Part shown: in pieces, positions 1 through 11,100 of the stretch | Layout: each line of letters begins with the position of its first letter | Position numbering within the stretch: position 1 is the first letter of the stretch | Notes under the pieces: model-generated | The model's input: the letters and a program-made list of their open reading frames with translations, nothing else | Told to the model about the DNA's origin: nothing | The model's database searches: none | Origin: Thiotrichaceae bacterium | GTDB lineage: Bacteria; Pseudomonadota; Gammaproteobacteria; Beggiatoales; Beggiatoaceae | Reading direction: 5' to 3' | Length of the DNA: 64,000 nt | Assembly: GCA_029939505.1 (NCBI GenBank) | Contig: JAOZSV010000005.1 | Coordinates: 477-64,476, forward strand | Position numbers and translations under genes: made by a program

Positions 1-81
1 AAACTTGATAGTCGAGTGTCAGGTATTGGCAGGAACTTATCTGGACATCTATATTCAGTCTGCTTTAGTCTCCTTTAGCTT

Positions 82-130
82 TCAGCCTTGAAACGCATCG
101 CGAAGCGAGAACAATTGATTTCAAGGCTGA
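82..130. repeat. Perfect 12-bp inverted repeat (TCAGCCTTGAAA ... TTTCAAGGCTGA) with 25-nt spacer
   Basis: Arms read directly at 82-93 and 119-130. The spacer holds a smaller TCGC-GAA-GCGA hairpin. A stop codon (132-134) and the NRPS relic follow immediately. Confidence 0.7.
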
Positions 131-134
131 GTAG

Positions 135-341
135 TTAGGAACGTGCATGAAATCACTTCGACCACTTTTTATCAAGATAGTGATAATAAGGGTACAAGAT
201 GAAGATGGCGTACCGAATTTTTCTGCCGAGACGCGTCAGCATGAAGTGACCATAGCGTGGATGCAGCAACGTTTTATAGAACCGTTTAAACTCACTGGGA
301 AGCCACTATTTCGTTATGATTTAGTGAAAATGCTATTTTAG
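135..341 (+). pseudogene. Relic of the N-terminal part of an NRPS condensation domain (about 65 codons, truncated at both ends)
   Basis: The translation FSAETRQHEVTIAWMQQRFIEPFKLTGKPLFRYDLVKM aligns by eye with the C2-motif region of intact C domains in this window (for example SEIQRLAIEEANRPFDLVKGPLLRLTLLQL). The frame is closed by TAG at 132-134 and TAG at 339-341. No HHxxxDG motif follows. Confidence 0.45.
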
Positions 342-404
342 TAAGCTGTATAAGAACTGGCGTGGGGCTTTATGGTTTTCATCTTTGACATTTTGAAAAA
401 GTGC

Positions 405-434
405 TTGACATTTTTGGAAAAGCCAGCATATAAT
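405..434 (+). promoter_or_regulatory. Near-consensus sigma70-type promoter in front of the megasynthase operon
   Basis: TTGACA (405-410), 18-nt spacer, TATAAT (429-434). A second TTGACA at 385-390 lies in a roughly 20-nt direct repeat of the -35 region. The promoter sits about 170 nt upstream of the first ATG of the FAAL-PKS gene. Confidence 0.5.
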
Positions 435-602
435 AATGAACATGTATTTTTTCGGGAACATTTCTTAACTAATTACAGGTACTGAAACTCCTAACAACTA
501 TTAATTAAATGGGGGTTGGCAGGTTTCCAAACCACTTGAGCCGATTTTTTGGATGGTGTTTTAGTTGTTCCTATTTTACTAGCGATTAACCAACTGATAT
601 TA

Positions 603-3600
603 ATGATGAAAAATACCATTCGAGCAACCACATGGGTGGAATTACTTCGCGAGAGAGTACAACATTCCCCAGATAATCTCGCTTATACATTTCTTGTTGA
701 TGGTGACATCACAAAGGAAATTAGCTTAACATACCAAGAATTAGAACAAAAAGTCCAAGCTATTGCTGCCAAACTTCAGAGCTTGATCGCCCCTGGTGAT
801 AGGGTATTATTACTCTATCCGCAAGGAATAGATTATGTTGCAGGTTTTTTGGGGTGTCTATATGCGGGAGTTATAGCGATTCCGATTTTTCAGCCTCGGG
901 GTAAACATTCTGATATTCGTATTCAAGCGATTGCTGATGATGCACAGGCCAAGGTTGCCTTAACCACAAACAATATCTTATCTAACGTAGCACATCGCCT
1001 TGATGATGCATCACCTCTTAAAGAATTGCAGTGGTTGGCTACAGATAATATTTCTATTGATCTGGCAGACACTTGGCAACAGCCTGATATAAATAGTGAT
1101 ACACTGGCTTTTCTTCAATATACTTCCGGTTCAACGGGAATCCCCAAAGGGGTAATGGTAAGCCATGGTAATCTGCTGCACAATTCCGCATACACGGCAT
1201 CAATTTGGCAGTACAACTCTAAAAGTATTATGGTGACATGGTTGCCTATTTTCCATGATATGGGGCTAATTTTTGGAATACTACAACCCATATATAAAGG
1301 TTTCCCTTGTTATCTGATGTCACCAGCTACTTTTGTTCAACGCCCTTTTCGATGGCTTCAAGCAATTTCACATTATAAAGCAACTCATAGCGGTGCTCCA
1401 AATTTTGCCTATGATCTGTGTGTGCAAAAAATTTCTGCAGAGCAACGTGCCAGTCTTGATCTAAGCAGTTGGTGTATGAGCTTAAATGCGGCTGAGCCAG
1501 TAAGAGCAGAAACTTTTCAACAGTTTATCAAAGTGTTCAAGCCGTGTGGCCTTCAGCCAACCACGATTTGTCATGGTTATGGCCTGGCCGAAGCAACGCT
1601 TATTGTAGCTGGTGCTTGGAAACAAGATATGCCGGTTTACTATAAAATTCAAAGTGATGCTCTTGAACAACATAAAGTGGTAGCAGCGGGTGATTCTGTT
1701 CTGGAAGTACAAACGCTTGTTGGTTCTGGCTATCCGGCGGTAGATGCCCAAATTGTGATTGCCAATCCAGCCACTTTATCGCAATGTTCAGCGGGTGAAG
1801 TGGGTGAAATTTGGGTTTCAAGTCCCAGTGTTGCTCATGGTTATTGGCAAAGACCGCTTGAAACCGCAGAAACTTTTCAAGCCTATTTGCGTGATACTGG
1901 TGCTGGCCCATTTTTACGCACAGGTGATTTAGGATTTTTACGAGATGGGGAACTTTTTGTCACAGGTCGCATCAAAGATGTGATTATCATCCGTGGTAAC
2001 AACTATTATCCTCAAGATATTGAATTTACGGTAGAAAAAAGTCATCCGATGCTACGGCAGGTTGGATATGGAGCTGCATTTGCGGTAGAAGTGGTAGGCC
2101 AAGAACAATTGGTTGTAACCCAAGAAGTAGAACGTTCTGCATTGAAAAAGTTGAATGGTGATGAAGTAGCCAGTGCTATCCGTCAAGCAGTTTCGGAAGA
2201 ACATGACCTACAAATTTATGCTATATTGTTATTAAAACCAGCAACTATTCCAAGAACCTCCAGTGGCAAAATCCAACGCAGTGCTTGTCGAACTGAATTT
2301 TTAGAAAGTACCCTTAAAACAATAGCAACGTGGCAACAACCGATTATTCACACAGAAGAATCGACTACAAGCCAAGATAATTCCAGCATAGTAACGGCGA
2401 AAACCATTCAAAATTGGTTAGTAAACAAACTTTCTCAACAACTGAAAATTGCGGTATCAAAGATAAATATTTTAGAACCATTTTCTCGTTATGGTTTTGA
2501 TTCAATAACAGCGACGAGTCTATCTGGTGAATTAGAAATTTGGTTAAAACGGTCTTTATCTCCCACGATAGCATATAATTATCCTAATATTCACGCATTA
2601 TCCCAATATTTAGCTGGAGAATCACAACCTTCGCCCAAAAAAAATACGAATCTGCTTGAACCAACTGAAACCATAGCTATTATCGGTATGGCTTGCCGGT
2701 TTCCAAACGGAGCAAATAATCCTGAGGCTTATTGGTCGCTTTTACGCAATGGAATTGATGCTATCAGTGAAATCCCTAAAAATAGATGGGACAAGACTCA
2801 TTATTATGAGCCAGAACATGAAAATCCGGGTAAAATATCTACAAATGCCGGTGGGTTTCTTGATAAAGTTGATCAGTTCGATGCAGCGTTTTTCCGCATT
2901 TCTCCCAGAGAAGCGGAGGGAATGGATCCACAACAACGGTTTTTACTAGAAGTCAACTGGGAAGCACTGGAACAGGCGGGATTATCGCTAGCCACATTGG
3001 AAGGCAGCCAAACGGGTATTTTTACGGGTATTTTTTCGCACGACTACGAAACTCTGCAAATTAAACAAAACACGGACAAAGACTATGATTCCTACTTTGG
3101 TACAGGCAATTCTTCGTCGATTGCAGCTGGTCGCCTCGCCTACTTTTTCGATTTCCAAGGACCCGCAATTTCCATCGACACTGCTTGCTCGTCTTCCCTT
3201 GTTGCAGTACATCTAGCTTGTCAAAGCCTACGCAACAGGGAATGTGATTTGGCACTTGCTTCTGGTGTGAATCTGTTGCTCTCACCGGAACTGAGTATCA
3301 CTTTCTCCAGTGCAGGCATGTTAGCACCTGATGGACGTTGCAAAACTTTTGATGCTTCAGCAAACGGTTATGTGCGCGGTGAAGGTTGTGCGGCGATTGT
3401 ACTGAAACGACTTCCACAGGCATTAGCCGATAATGATAACATTTTAGCAATAATACGTAGTTCAGCCATCAATCAGGACGGCACTAGCAACGGTTTGACC
3501 GCTCCTAACGGACTTGCTCAAGAAGCTGTTATTCGCAAAGCCCTATCTGGAATTCCCCCCGCCGACATATCTTATGTGGAAGCTCACGGCACTGGGACAT

Positions 3601-6600
3601 CATTGGGTGATCCCGTGGAATTCAAAGCACTAGAAGCCGTGTATGGAGAAGATCGGACAGATGATAATCCGCTTTTCATCGGTTCTGTGAAAACTAATAT
3701 AGGCCATACGGAAGCGACGGCCGGATTAGCGGGATTGCTAAAAATTGTGTTAGCCATGCAACACAACTACATTCCACCTCATATAAATTTTAAAACCTTA
3801 AATCCATATATTAGCTTAGATAAAATTCCCGCACGAATCCCGATAAAAGGAATAGCTTGGAAAAAACAGCCAGATAAACAACGTCTAGCCGGCGTGAGTG
3901 CTTTTGGTTTCAGCGGCACCAACGCTCACATTATTTTGCAGGATCCGCCTAGCTCAGTACGGCCTAAACAAATACCTGAACGTTCTCATCATCTATTAAC
4001 GCTGTCTGCTCGGACAAATGAGGCATTGCGAGAACTAGCACAAACTTATGTTACTTATCTCAATGCCGATGAAGTGCCACCGCTTGGAGACTTATGTTTT
4101 ACCGCTCATACCGGACGCACTCACTTTGATCACCGGTTGGCTTTAGTGGCTGAATCGACTGCACAAATCTGTGAAGAATTAGAGACTTTTGTTGCCGAGA
4201 AAGAAAAAAATCCCAGATTGATGTATGGGCAAATACCCGAACAATCTGCTCCAAAAATAGCCTTTCTATTTACCGGACAAGGTGCCCAATATGTTGGCAT
4301 GGGACAACAATTGTATGAAACTCAGCCCCACTTTCGGCAAACGATAGATTTTTGTGATGAAATCCTGCGCCCCTATTTAGGAAAGCCATTGCTTGAAGTT
4401 CTCTATCAAACCTCAGCGACAGAAGAACTGAATGAAACCACTTACACCCAACCGGCCTTATTCGCTATAGAATATGCGTTAGCGGAACTGTGGCAATCAT
4501 GGGGTATACAACCGAATGCAGTGATGGGGCATAGTGTAGGTGAATACGTAGCTGCTTGTATCGCTGGTGTCTTTAGCCTAGAAGATGGCCTGAAACTGAT
4601 TGCAGAACGGGGACGTTTAATGCAGGCTTTGCCACGGTCAGGTGAAATGGTGGTCGTGCGTGCAGATGAAGAAGTGGTGAAGGCAACCATTCAGCCTTAT
4701 GCTAAGGCCGTTTCTATAGCAGCAGTGAATGGGCCAACGAATATCGTGATATCTGGAGAGTCTCAGGCGGTAAAATCTATTGTAGCCGACTTGGAAAAAG
4801 AAGGTATTAAAACTACTTATTTAAAGGTTTCCCATGCGTTTCACTCACCATTGATGGAGCCAATACTCAAATCCTATGCCCAAATTGCTAGTGAAATCAC
4901 GTATGCCGCCCCACAGATTGACTTGATTTCCAATGTAACTGGCAACATGACAACAGCAGTATCAAATCCAGAATATTGGGTTAAGCATATACGTCAGCCA
5001 GTCAGATTTGCCCCTAGTATGGAAACCTTACGGCAATTGGGTTGTCAAATATTTGTGGAAATAGGCCCAAAACCAGTTTTGTTGGGCATGGGCCGTCATT
5101 GTGTGCCTGAAGCAATTGACAATGTTTGGCTTCCCAGTTTGCGTCAAGGCGTATCGGATTGGCAACAATTATTTCAGAGTTTAGGGACATTATATTTGCA
5201 TGACATACAGGTGGACTGGGCCAGTGTCGATCGGGATTATCCACGTCGGCGGGTGTCTCTGCCAACTTACCCTTTCCAACGGCAACGTTATTGGATTAAG
5301 ACCGCCACTATCCCCCGGACACTAGGTGAATCCGGTACGGCTTTGCATCCTTTATGGGAAAGAAAACTACAATCGCCTCTTCTTAAAGAAACCGTATTTG
5401 AAACGCAGTTCAGCGCCACTTATCCGTCTTTTATCGCGGATCATGTTATTTTTGAAAAAATCATTGTACCGGGTGCAAGTCATATCTCCATGTTGCTGGG
5501 AGCCGCTGGACTGAGTTTTGGAGACAAGGGCTGTGTGCTAGAAAATATTATTTTTCTCCAGGCTTTGATAATTCAGCCCGAAGAAACACGCACAGTGCAA
5601 GTGTTGTTGGCACCGGAAAATGAATCTTCCCAACATACAGTTAAGCTTATCAGCTTTGTTGAAAATTCAGTCGAAAACAATATTTGGATAGAGCATGTGA
5701 CTTGCATGATTTTGACAAAAGCACCCCCGCCAGAACCTATATCCATACAAGCACTGCAAGCTCGCTGTCTAAAACAAATGCCTGGTACGACGATTTATCA
5801 AACCATGCAACAGCATCAGTTCCAACTAGGTGCGGATTTCAGGTGGGTAGACTCAATCTGGCAGGGAGATGACGAGATATTATGTCGTATGAAATGGCCA
5901 GAAAGCGTGGAAAATGTAGAAGAATATCAATTGCATCCTGGTCTCATTGACTCCTGCTTCCAACCATTTTTCCTCACGCTATCCGCAGAAGAAGACCTGA
6001 CTTTTGTGCCTTTCAGTGTGGAAAAATTCGCTTATTACCAGCATCCAGACCCTGCGGCGCAATTATGGTGTCACGCAACGTTCAGGAAACCAACAATACC
6101 GAACAAAGAACAACTGCTTATGGACACCTGTTTATGCGATGAAACGGGTCAAGTCCTTGCGGAGGCGATTGGGCTGGAATTAAGAAAAGGCAGTCGTAAT
6201 GCTTTGCTGCGTAGCCTAGAAAAGAATTTCAGTGATTTGCTATATGAAATCACTTGGCAACCCGTAGCTATCGAAAATAAAGAGCAGAATACAAAAACAG
6301 GCCGTTGGCTTATTTTTGCAGATCGTAAGGGTATCGGGGTTAAGCTAGCTGAACGCCTACAAGCACAAGGGGAAAGCTGTGTAGTCATTTCGCACGGTGA
6401 TACATACCAACGCTTGGGAGCAGAACACTATTCTATTAACCCAGTAGTCCCCGAAGATTTTACCCGTTTGCTGCGCGACAGTCTTTTTGCCTCTGACATA
6501 TTACCATGCCGTGGCATTGTACATCTCTGGAGCCTGGATACGGCGTTTACCCAAATCACAAATACTGATGATTTGCAAAACACCCAAATACTTGGTTGTG

Positions 6601-8147
6601 GTAGCGTGTTGCATTTAATTCAGTCTATGGTACAAAGCGAATGGGACAAGCATCCACCCCGCATAAGTTTAATCACTCGCGGCGCACAACCAATAGACAC
6701 CACCGCCTCTTACCCGTTACAAGCACAACAAGCCAGCTTATGGGGATTGGGAGGTATGATCGCACTGGAATATCCAGATTTACATTGTCTGCGGGTCGAT
6801 TTGGATCCATCCGAAAAATCAGATATAATATCAAACTTATTTGAAAGCATTTGGCAAACTGATAAAGAAGATCGGATTGCCTACAGGCAAAATACCCGCT
6901 ATGTCGCCAGACTAGCGCGGACAAATCAGCAAAGTATGCAAGTACTGTCAATAAATGGCAGTTACTTAATTACCGGTGGCTTAGGGGGTTTAGGACTCAA
7001 AGTTGCCGATTGGTTGGCTGGGCAAGGTGCAAAACACCTGTTCTTGATTGGACGCAGCACCACATCAGAAACGGCGCGTAACGAGATTAACCGGTTAGAA
7101 CAAGCAGGCACTCGTGTAACCGTTATGTCAGCGGATGTCTCCAAACCAGATGATATAGCCCAAGTATTTGAAACAATCAAGGCATCTTCCCAACCTCTGC
7201 GGGGGGTCATTCACACAGCCGGGGTGCTTGAAGATGCCCTGCTGCAAAAGCAGAACTGGACACAATTCAGTCGGGTAATGGCACCAAAAGTTGCGGGTGC
7301 GTGGAATTTGCACAACCTGACGCAGGATATCGCGTTAGACTTTTTTGTGTGTTTTTCTTCAAGCACCGCTTTGCTAGGAGCAGCGGGACAAGGGAACTAT
7401 GCTGCCGCTAATGCTTTTATGGATGGTTTGGTACAGCATAGGCGTGATTTGGGGTTACCGGGTTTAAGCATTAACTGGGGGCCTTGGGGAGAAATCGGTA
7501 TGGCCGCGGCGTTGGATACCCGCGATCAAGCACGTTGGTCCGATTTAGGAATTGGCAATATAGCCCCAACACAGGGAGTAAAGATATTAGAACGGTTACT
7601 AACGAAAAATACAGCCCAAATGGCTGTATTGCCTGTCAACTGGTTAAAATTTTTGCAACAATTTCAAAAGGATGCCCAACCGCCGTTTTTCGATGCATTC
7701 AAACAGGTATCTGAAAAACCATCGTCGGCGCAACCGTCGTTTATCAAACAACTTGAAGCAACACCGGCTGCAAAACAACGAGATTTATTGCTTGGGCTTG
7801 TACGTTCTCAAATCGGTAAAGTAGCTAGGCTACGTGCAATCGAACAAATACAGCCTCGGCAAAGATTATTTGATTTCGGATTGGATTCCCTGATGGCGGT
7901 TGAACTGAAAAACAATCTCCAAACAAGCATGGGACAAACACTTCGTGCGACTTTAGTATTTGATTATCCCACCATTGAAGCGTTGGTTAATCATCTATTC
8001 CATGACATTTTAGAATTATCTGAAGAAAAACTAGTTGGAGAAAAAACTGAACCTGTTGAAGAAGAGGACTCAACAAAACTGGAAGAACTGTCAAAAGACG
8101 AAATAGACGCATTGCTGGATGACAAACTGGCCGAATTGGATTTTTGA
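603..8147 (+). CDS. Loading plus first extension PKS: FAAL-ACP-KS-AT-DH-KR-ACP
   Basis: The track ORF starts at TTG 549. The tandem ATGs at 603/606 sit just before the conserved N-terminus and are preferred. Domains read in order:
- FAAL: fatty acyl-AMP ligase core LQYTSGSTGIPKGVMVSHGNL.
- ACP: carrier Ser in GFDSIT (codon 2502-2504).
- KS: IAIIGMACRFP, DTACSSS (Cys codon 3186-3188), EAHGTGT, NIGHTE.
- AT: GHSVGE (Ser codon 4533-4535) plus VSHAFHS (malonyl-type).
- DH: HPLWERK, DHVIFEKIIVPGASH (His codon 5442-5444), LIDSCFQ.
- KR: TGGLGGLG with an LED/LDD-type motif.
- ACP: GLDSLMA, followed by an acidic C-terminal docking tail. Confidence 0.93.
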   Translation: MMKNTIRATTWVELLRERVQHSPDNLAYTFLVDGDITKEISLTYQELEQKVQAIAAKLQSLIAPGDRVLLLYPQGIDYVAGFLGCLYAGVIAIPIFQPRGKHSDIRIQAIADDAQAKVALTTNNILSNVAHRLDDASPLKELQWLATDNISIDLADTWQQPDINSDTLAFLQYTSGSTGIPKGVMVSHGNLLHNSAYTASIWQYNSKSIMVTWLPIFHDMGLIFGILQPIYKGFPCYLMSPATFVQRPFRWLQAISHYKATHSGAPNFAYDLCVQKISAEQRASLDLSSWCMSLNAAEPVRAETFQQFIKVFKPCGLQPTTICHGYGLAEATLIVAGAWKQDMPVYYKIQSDALEQHKVVAAGDSVLEVQTLVGSGYPAVDAQIVIANPATLSQCSAGEVGEIWVSSPSVAHGYWQRPLETAETFQAYLRDTGAGPFLRTGDLGFLRDGELFVTGRIKDVIIIRGNNYYPQDIEFTVEKSHPMLRQVGYGAAFAVEVVGQEQLVVTQEVERSALKKLNGDEVASAIRQAVSEEHDLQIYAILLLKPATIPRTSSGKIQRSACRTEFLESTLKTIATWQQPIIHTEESTTSQDNSSIVTAKTIQNWLVNKLSQQLKIAVSKINILEPFSRYGFDSITATSLSGELEIWLKRSLSPTIAYNYPNIHALSQYLAGESQPSPKKNTNLLEPTETIAIIGMACRFPNGANNPEAYWSLLRNGIDAISEIPKNRWDKTHYYEPEHENPGKISTNAGGFLDKVDQFDAAFFRISPREAEGMDPQQRFLLEVNWEALEQAGLSLATLEGSQTGIFTGIFSHDYETLQIKQNTDKDYDSYFGTGNSSSIAAGRLAYFFDFQGPAISIDTACSSSLVAVHLACQSLRNRECDLALASGVNLLLSPELSITFSSAGMLAPDGRCKTFDASANGYVRGEGCAAIVLKRLPQALADNDNILAIIRSSAINQDGTSNGLTAPNGLAQEAVIRKALSGIPPADISYVEAHGTGTSLGDPVEFKALEAVYGEDRTDDNPLFIGSVKTNIGHTEATAGLAGLLKIVLAMQHNYIPPHINFKTLNPYISLDKIPARIPIKGIAWKKQPDKQRLAGVSAFGFSGTNAHIILQDPPSSVRPKQIPERSHHLLTLSARTNEALRELAQTYVTYLNADEVPPLGDLCFTAHTGRTHFDHRLALVAESTAQICEELETFVAEKEKNPRLMYGQIPEQSAPKIAFLFTGQGAQYVGMGQQLYETQPHFRQTIDFCDEILRPYLGKPLLEVLYQTSATEELNETTYTQPALFAIEYALAELWQSWGIQPNAVMGHSVGEYVAACIAGVFSLEDGLKLIAERGRLMQALPRSGEMVVVRADEEVVKATIQPYAKAVSIAAVNGPTNIVISGESQAVKSIVADLEKEGIKTTYLKVSHAFHSPLMEPILKSYAQIASEITYAAPQIDLISNVTGNMTTAVSNPEYWVKHIRQPVRFAPSMETLRQLGCQIFVEIGPKPVLLGMGRHCVPEAIDNVWLPSLRQGVSDWQQLFQSLGTLYLHDIQVDWASVDRDYPRRRVSLPTYPFQRQRYWIKTATIPRTLGESGTALHPLWERKLQSPLLKETVFETQFSATYPSFIADHVIFEKIIVPGASHISMLLGAAGLSFGDKGCVLENIIFLQALIIQPEETRTVQVLLAPENESSQHTVKLISFVENSVENNIWIEHVTCMILTKAPPPEPISIQALQARCLKQMPGTTIYQTMQQHQFQLGADFRWVDSIWQGDDEILCRMKWPESVENVEEYQLHPGLIDSCFQPFFLTLSAEEDLTFVPFSVEKFAYYQHPDPAAQLWCHATFRKPTIPNKEQLLMDTCLCDETGQVLAEAIGLELRKGSRNALLRSLEKNFSDLLYEITWQPVAIENKEQNTKTGRWLIFADRKGIGVKLAERLQAQGESCVVISHGDTYQRLGAEHYSINPVVPEDFTRLLRDSLFASDILPCRGIVHLWSLDTAFTQITNTDDLQNTQILGCGSVLHLIQSMVQSEWDKHPPRISLITRGAQPIDTTASYPLQAQQASLWGLGGMIALEYPDLHCLRVDLDPSEKSDIISNLFESIWQTDKEDRIAYRQNTRYVARLARTNQQSMQVLSINGSYLITGGLGGLGLKVADWLAGQGAKHLFLIGRSTTSETARNEINRLEQAGTRVTVMSADVSKPDDIAQVFETIKASSQPLRGVIHTAGVLEDALLQKQNWTQFSRVMAPKVAGAWNLHNLTQDIALDFFVCFSSSTALLGAAGQGNYAAANAFMDGLVQHRRDLGLPGLSINWGPWGEIGMAAALDTRDQARWSDLGIGNIAPTQGVKILERLLTKNTAQMAVLPVNWLKFLQQFQKDAQPPFFDAFKQVSEKPSSAQPSFIKQLEATPAAKQRDLLLGLVRSQIGKVARLRAIEQIQPRQRLFDFGLDSLMAVELKNNLQTSMGQTLRATLVFDYPTIEALVNHLFHDILELSEEKLVGEKTEPVEEEDSTKLEELSKDEIDALLDDKLAELDF

Positions 8148-8159
8148 TTTAAGAAAACT

Positions 8160-11100
8160 ATGAAGAAAAACGTTGTGGAAAATATGGACGATACGCAGAG
8201 AATAAAACGTGCGTTTATTGCCATAGAAAAATTGCAATCTAAGCTCAAAGTCTTAGAATACGCAAGAACTGAACCTATTGCTATTATCGGTATCGGTTGC
8301 CGGTTTCCTGGTGGTGCCAATAATCCGGATGCGTATTGGCAATTGCTGCGTGACGGGGTGGATGCTATCAGTGAGGTGCCTACAGACCGTTGGGATGTAG
8401 AAGCTTACTATGATCCTGATTGGACAAAACAAGGCAAAATCAATACTCGCGACAGCGGTTTTCTCAACACAAAAGTTTATGATTTTGACCCGCAATTTTT
8501 TGGTATAGCACCGCGAGAAGCCATGCAACTAGACCCACAGCAACGTTTATTGCTAGAAGTGGCTTGGGAAGCATTAGAATACGCCAATATTGTGCCTGAT
8601 CGATTGTTTAATAGTTCGACCGGCGTATTTATAGGAATTAGTACGGTTGACTATGCTGTGCGTCAATTGGGTATGCAAGAACCCTCCAAAATTGGTGCTT
8701 ATGTGGGTACCGGCGCACTTTTGAGTCCGGCTGCTGGACGGTTGTCCTATATGTTAGGGTTAACGGGGCCGAGTACGATTGTTGACACGGCCTGTTCGTC
8801 ATCATTATTGGCAGTGCATTTTGGTTGTCAGAGTTTGCGTAATAAAGAGTCCGATCTCGTATTGAGCGGCGGTGTAAATCTGATATTGGCACCAGAACTA
8901 TGTAGCTATTTTTCGACTGCTGGTATGTTGTCGCCAGACGGACGTTGTAAGACTTTCGATGCAGCAGCCAACGGCTACGCGCGTTCAGAAGGGTGTGGCG
9001 TTATGGTACTCAAACGCCTTTCAGACGCACTGGCTGATGGGGATAATATTTTAGCTTGTATTCAAGGGTCAGCACTCAACCAAGATGGACCCAGCGGAGG
9101 TTTGACAGTACCTAGTGGGCCATCGCAAGAACAAGTTATCAAGCAAGCTCTAGCCAGAGCGGGTTTAGAACCAAACCAAGTGGATTATATAGAAGCGCAT
9201 GGCACCGGCACCGCGCTGGGTGATCCGATTGAAGTGGGTGCTTTGAGTGCAGTATTTGGTCAGGTTCGCCATCAAGATCGTCCCTTATTGATTGGCTCGG
9301 CAAAAAGCAATGTGGGGCATATGGAAGCCGCCGCCGGGATGGCAGGCTTGATAAAGGTGGTACTGGCCTTACAGCACGAAGAAATTCCGCCTAATTTACA
9401 TTTTTCTCAGCCCAGTCCCCGTATTCCTTGGGATGCCTTCCCAGTCAAGGTGCCAACAGAACGAACTCGTTGGCAGACAGAAACAGATAAGCGGCGGATT
9501 GCGGGCATAAGTTCTTTTGGTTTCAGCGGTACTAACGCGCATGTGATAGTGGAGGAAGCGCCTGAATCACAACAAAATAAAAAACAAAACACGGGAGATA
9601 TTCGTCCACTGCATTTATTAACCTTGTCAGCAAAATCGGATACAGCACTGAAAGAATTGGCTGAACGTTATAAAAAGTCTCTTTCAGACTCTGTTACAAA
9701 CACCAAACAGCACCATGAAAGGGATTTAGGTGATATATGTTTTACGGCTAACACCTGTCGTTCCCATTTTCAACACAGGCTGAGTGTCATCGCGGGTTCG
9801 TCCGCGCAAATGCGTGAAAAACTAACAGCCTTCATTGCTGGAACAGAAACGGGAGGAATATTTGCAGGGAAAGAGGGGACGCAATTTAAAATCGCTTTCC
9901 TATTCACTGGGCAAGGCTCCCAATATGTGAACATGGGGCGCACATTGTATGACACTAACGCCACTTTTCGCCAAAGCATTGTACGTTGCGACGAAATTCT
10001 ACGCCCTTGGCTAAAAAAGCCGTTGCTTGAAGTCTTGTATAACTCAGGGGCGGATAACTCTCTACTCAACGAAACGGTTTATACCCAACCTGCCCTGTTC
10101 GCGCTGGAATACGCCCTAACCCAATTATGGAAATCGTGGGGTATAGAACCTAGCGTTGTCATGGGACATAGTGTAGGAGAATACGTTGCAGCGTGTGTAG
10201 CCGGGGTATTTAGTTTGGAAGATGGCCTCAAACTGATTGCCGAACGTGCCCGTTTGATGTACAATTTACCGCGTGATGGTGAGATGGTGACAGTTTTTGC
10301 CAATGAAGAACGGGTCGCAACTGCCATTCAATCCTATACTCAACAAGTGTCAATTGCGGCCATTAATGGGCCTGAAAGTATTGTGATTTCAGGGCAGCGT
10401 GAGGCCATCAACACTATCGTAACCACGTTTGCAGCTGATGGTGTTAAAACCAAACCGTTAAAGGTCTCTCATGCGTTCCATTCTCCGCTGATAGAACCCA
10501 TGTTGTCAAATTTTGAGCGAGTTGCGAAAGAAATTACTTTTTCACTGCCAAAAATAGATTTAATTTCTAATCTCACTGGTCAACTTGTCACGGAAGATAT
10601 AACCACGCCTGAATATTGGTGTCGTCATATTCGTCAACCAGTGCAATTTGTAGGCAGCATGGAAACACTTTATCAGCTACAAGGGAATGAGGTATTATTT
10701 GTAGAGATAGGCTCAAGACCGGCTTTGCTAAGTATGGGGCGACAATGCCTGCCCGAAAATGTGGGCGTTTGGTTGCCGAGTTTGCGTTATGGACAAGATG
10801 ATTGGCAACAAATTCTATCAAGTTTAGGCGAATTATATGTGCGTGGTACCCCAGTCAACTGGGTCGGCTTTGATCAGAATTACCAGCGGCATCGGGTGAG
10901 ATTGCCAACTTATCCTTTTCAGCGAAAGCGTTATTGCATTGAGAGACCCACCCCCAAAGCGCGTAGAGGTTTTTTGCCGCACGAAGCAAAACTGCATCCT
11001 TTAATTGATAAAAAAATACAATCGCCACTGCTCAAAGAAACTTTATTTGAAAGCTATTTTCATACAGAGAATTTGCCTTTATTAGCAGATCACCTTGTGT

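Noticed and set aside
549-602. TTG start at 549 for the FAAL-PKS gene
   Set aside because: The extension encodes a hydrophobic peptide that is not part of FAAL N-termini. Tandem ATGs at 603/606 immediately precede the conserved sequence. The exact start remains unproven.
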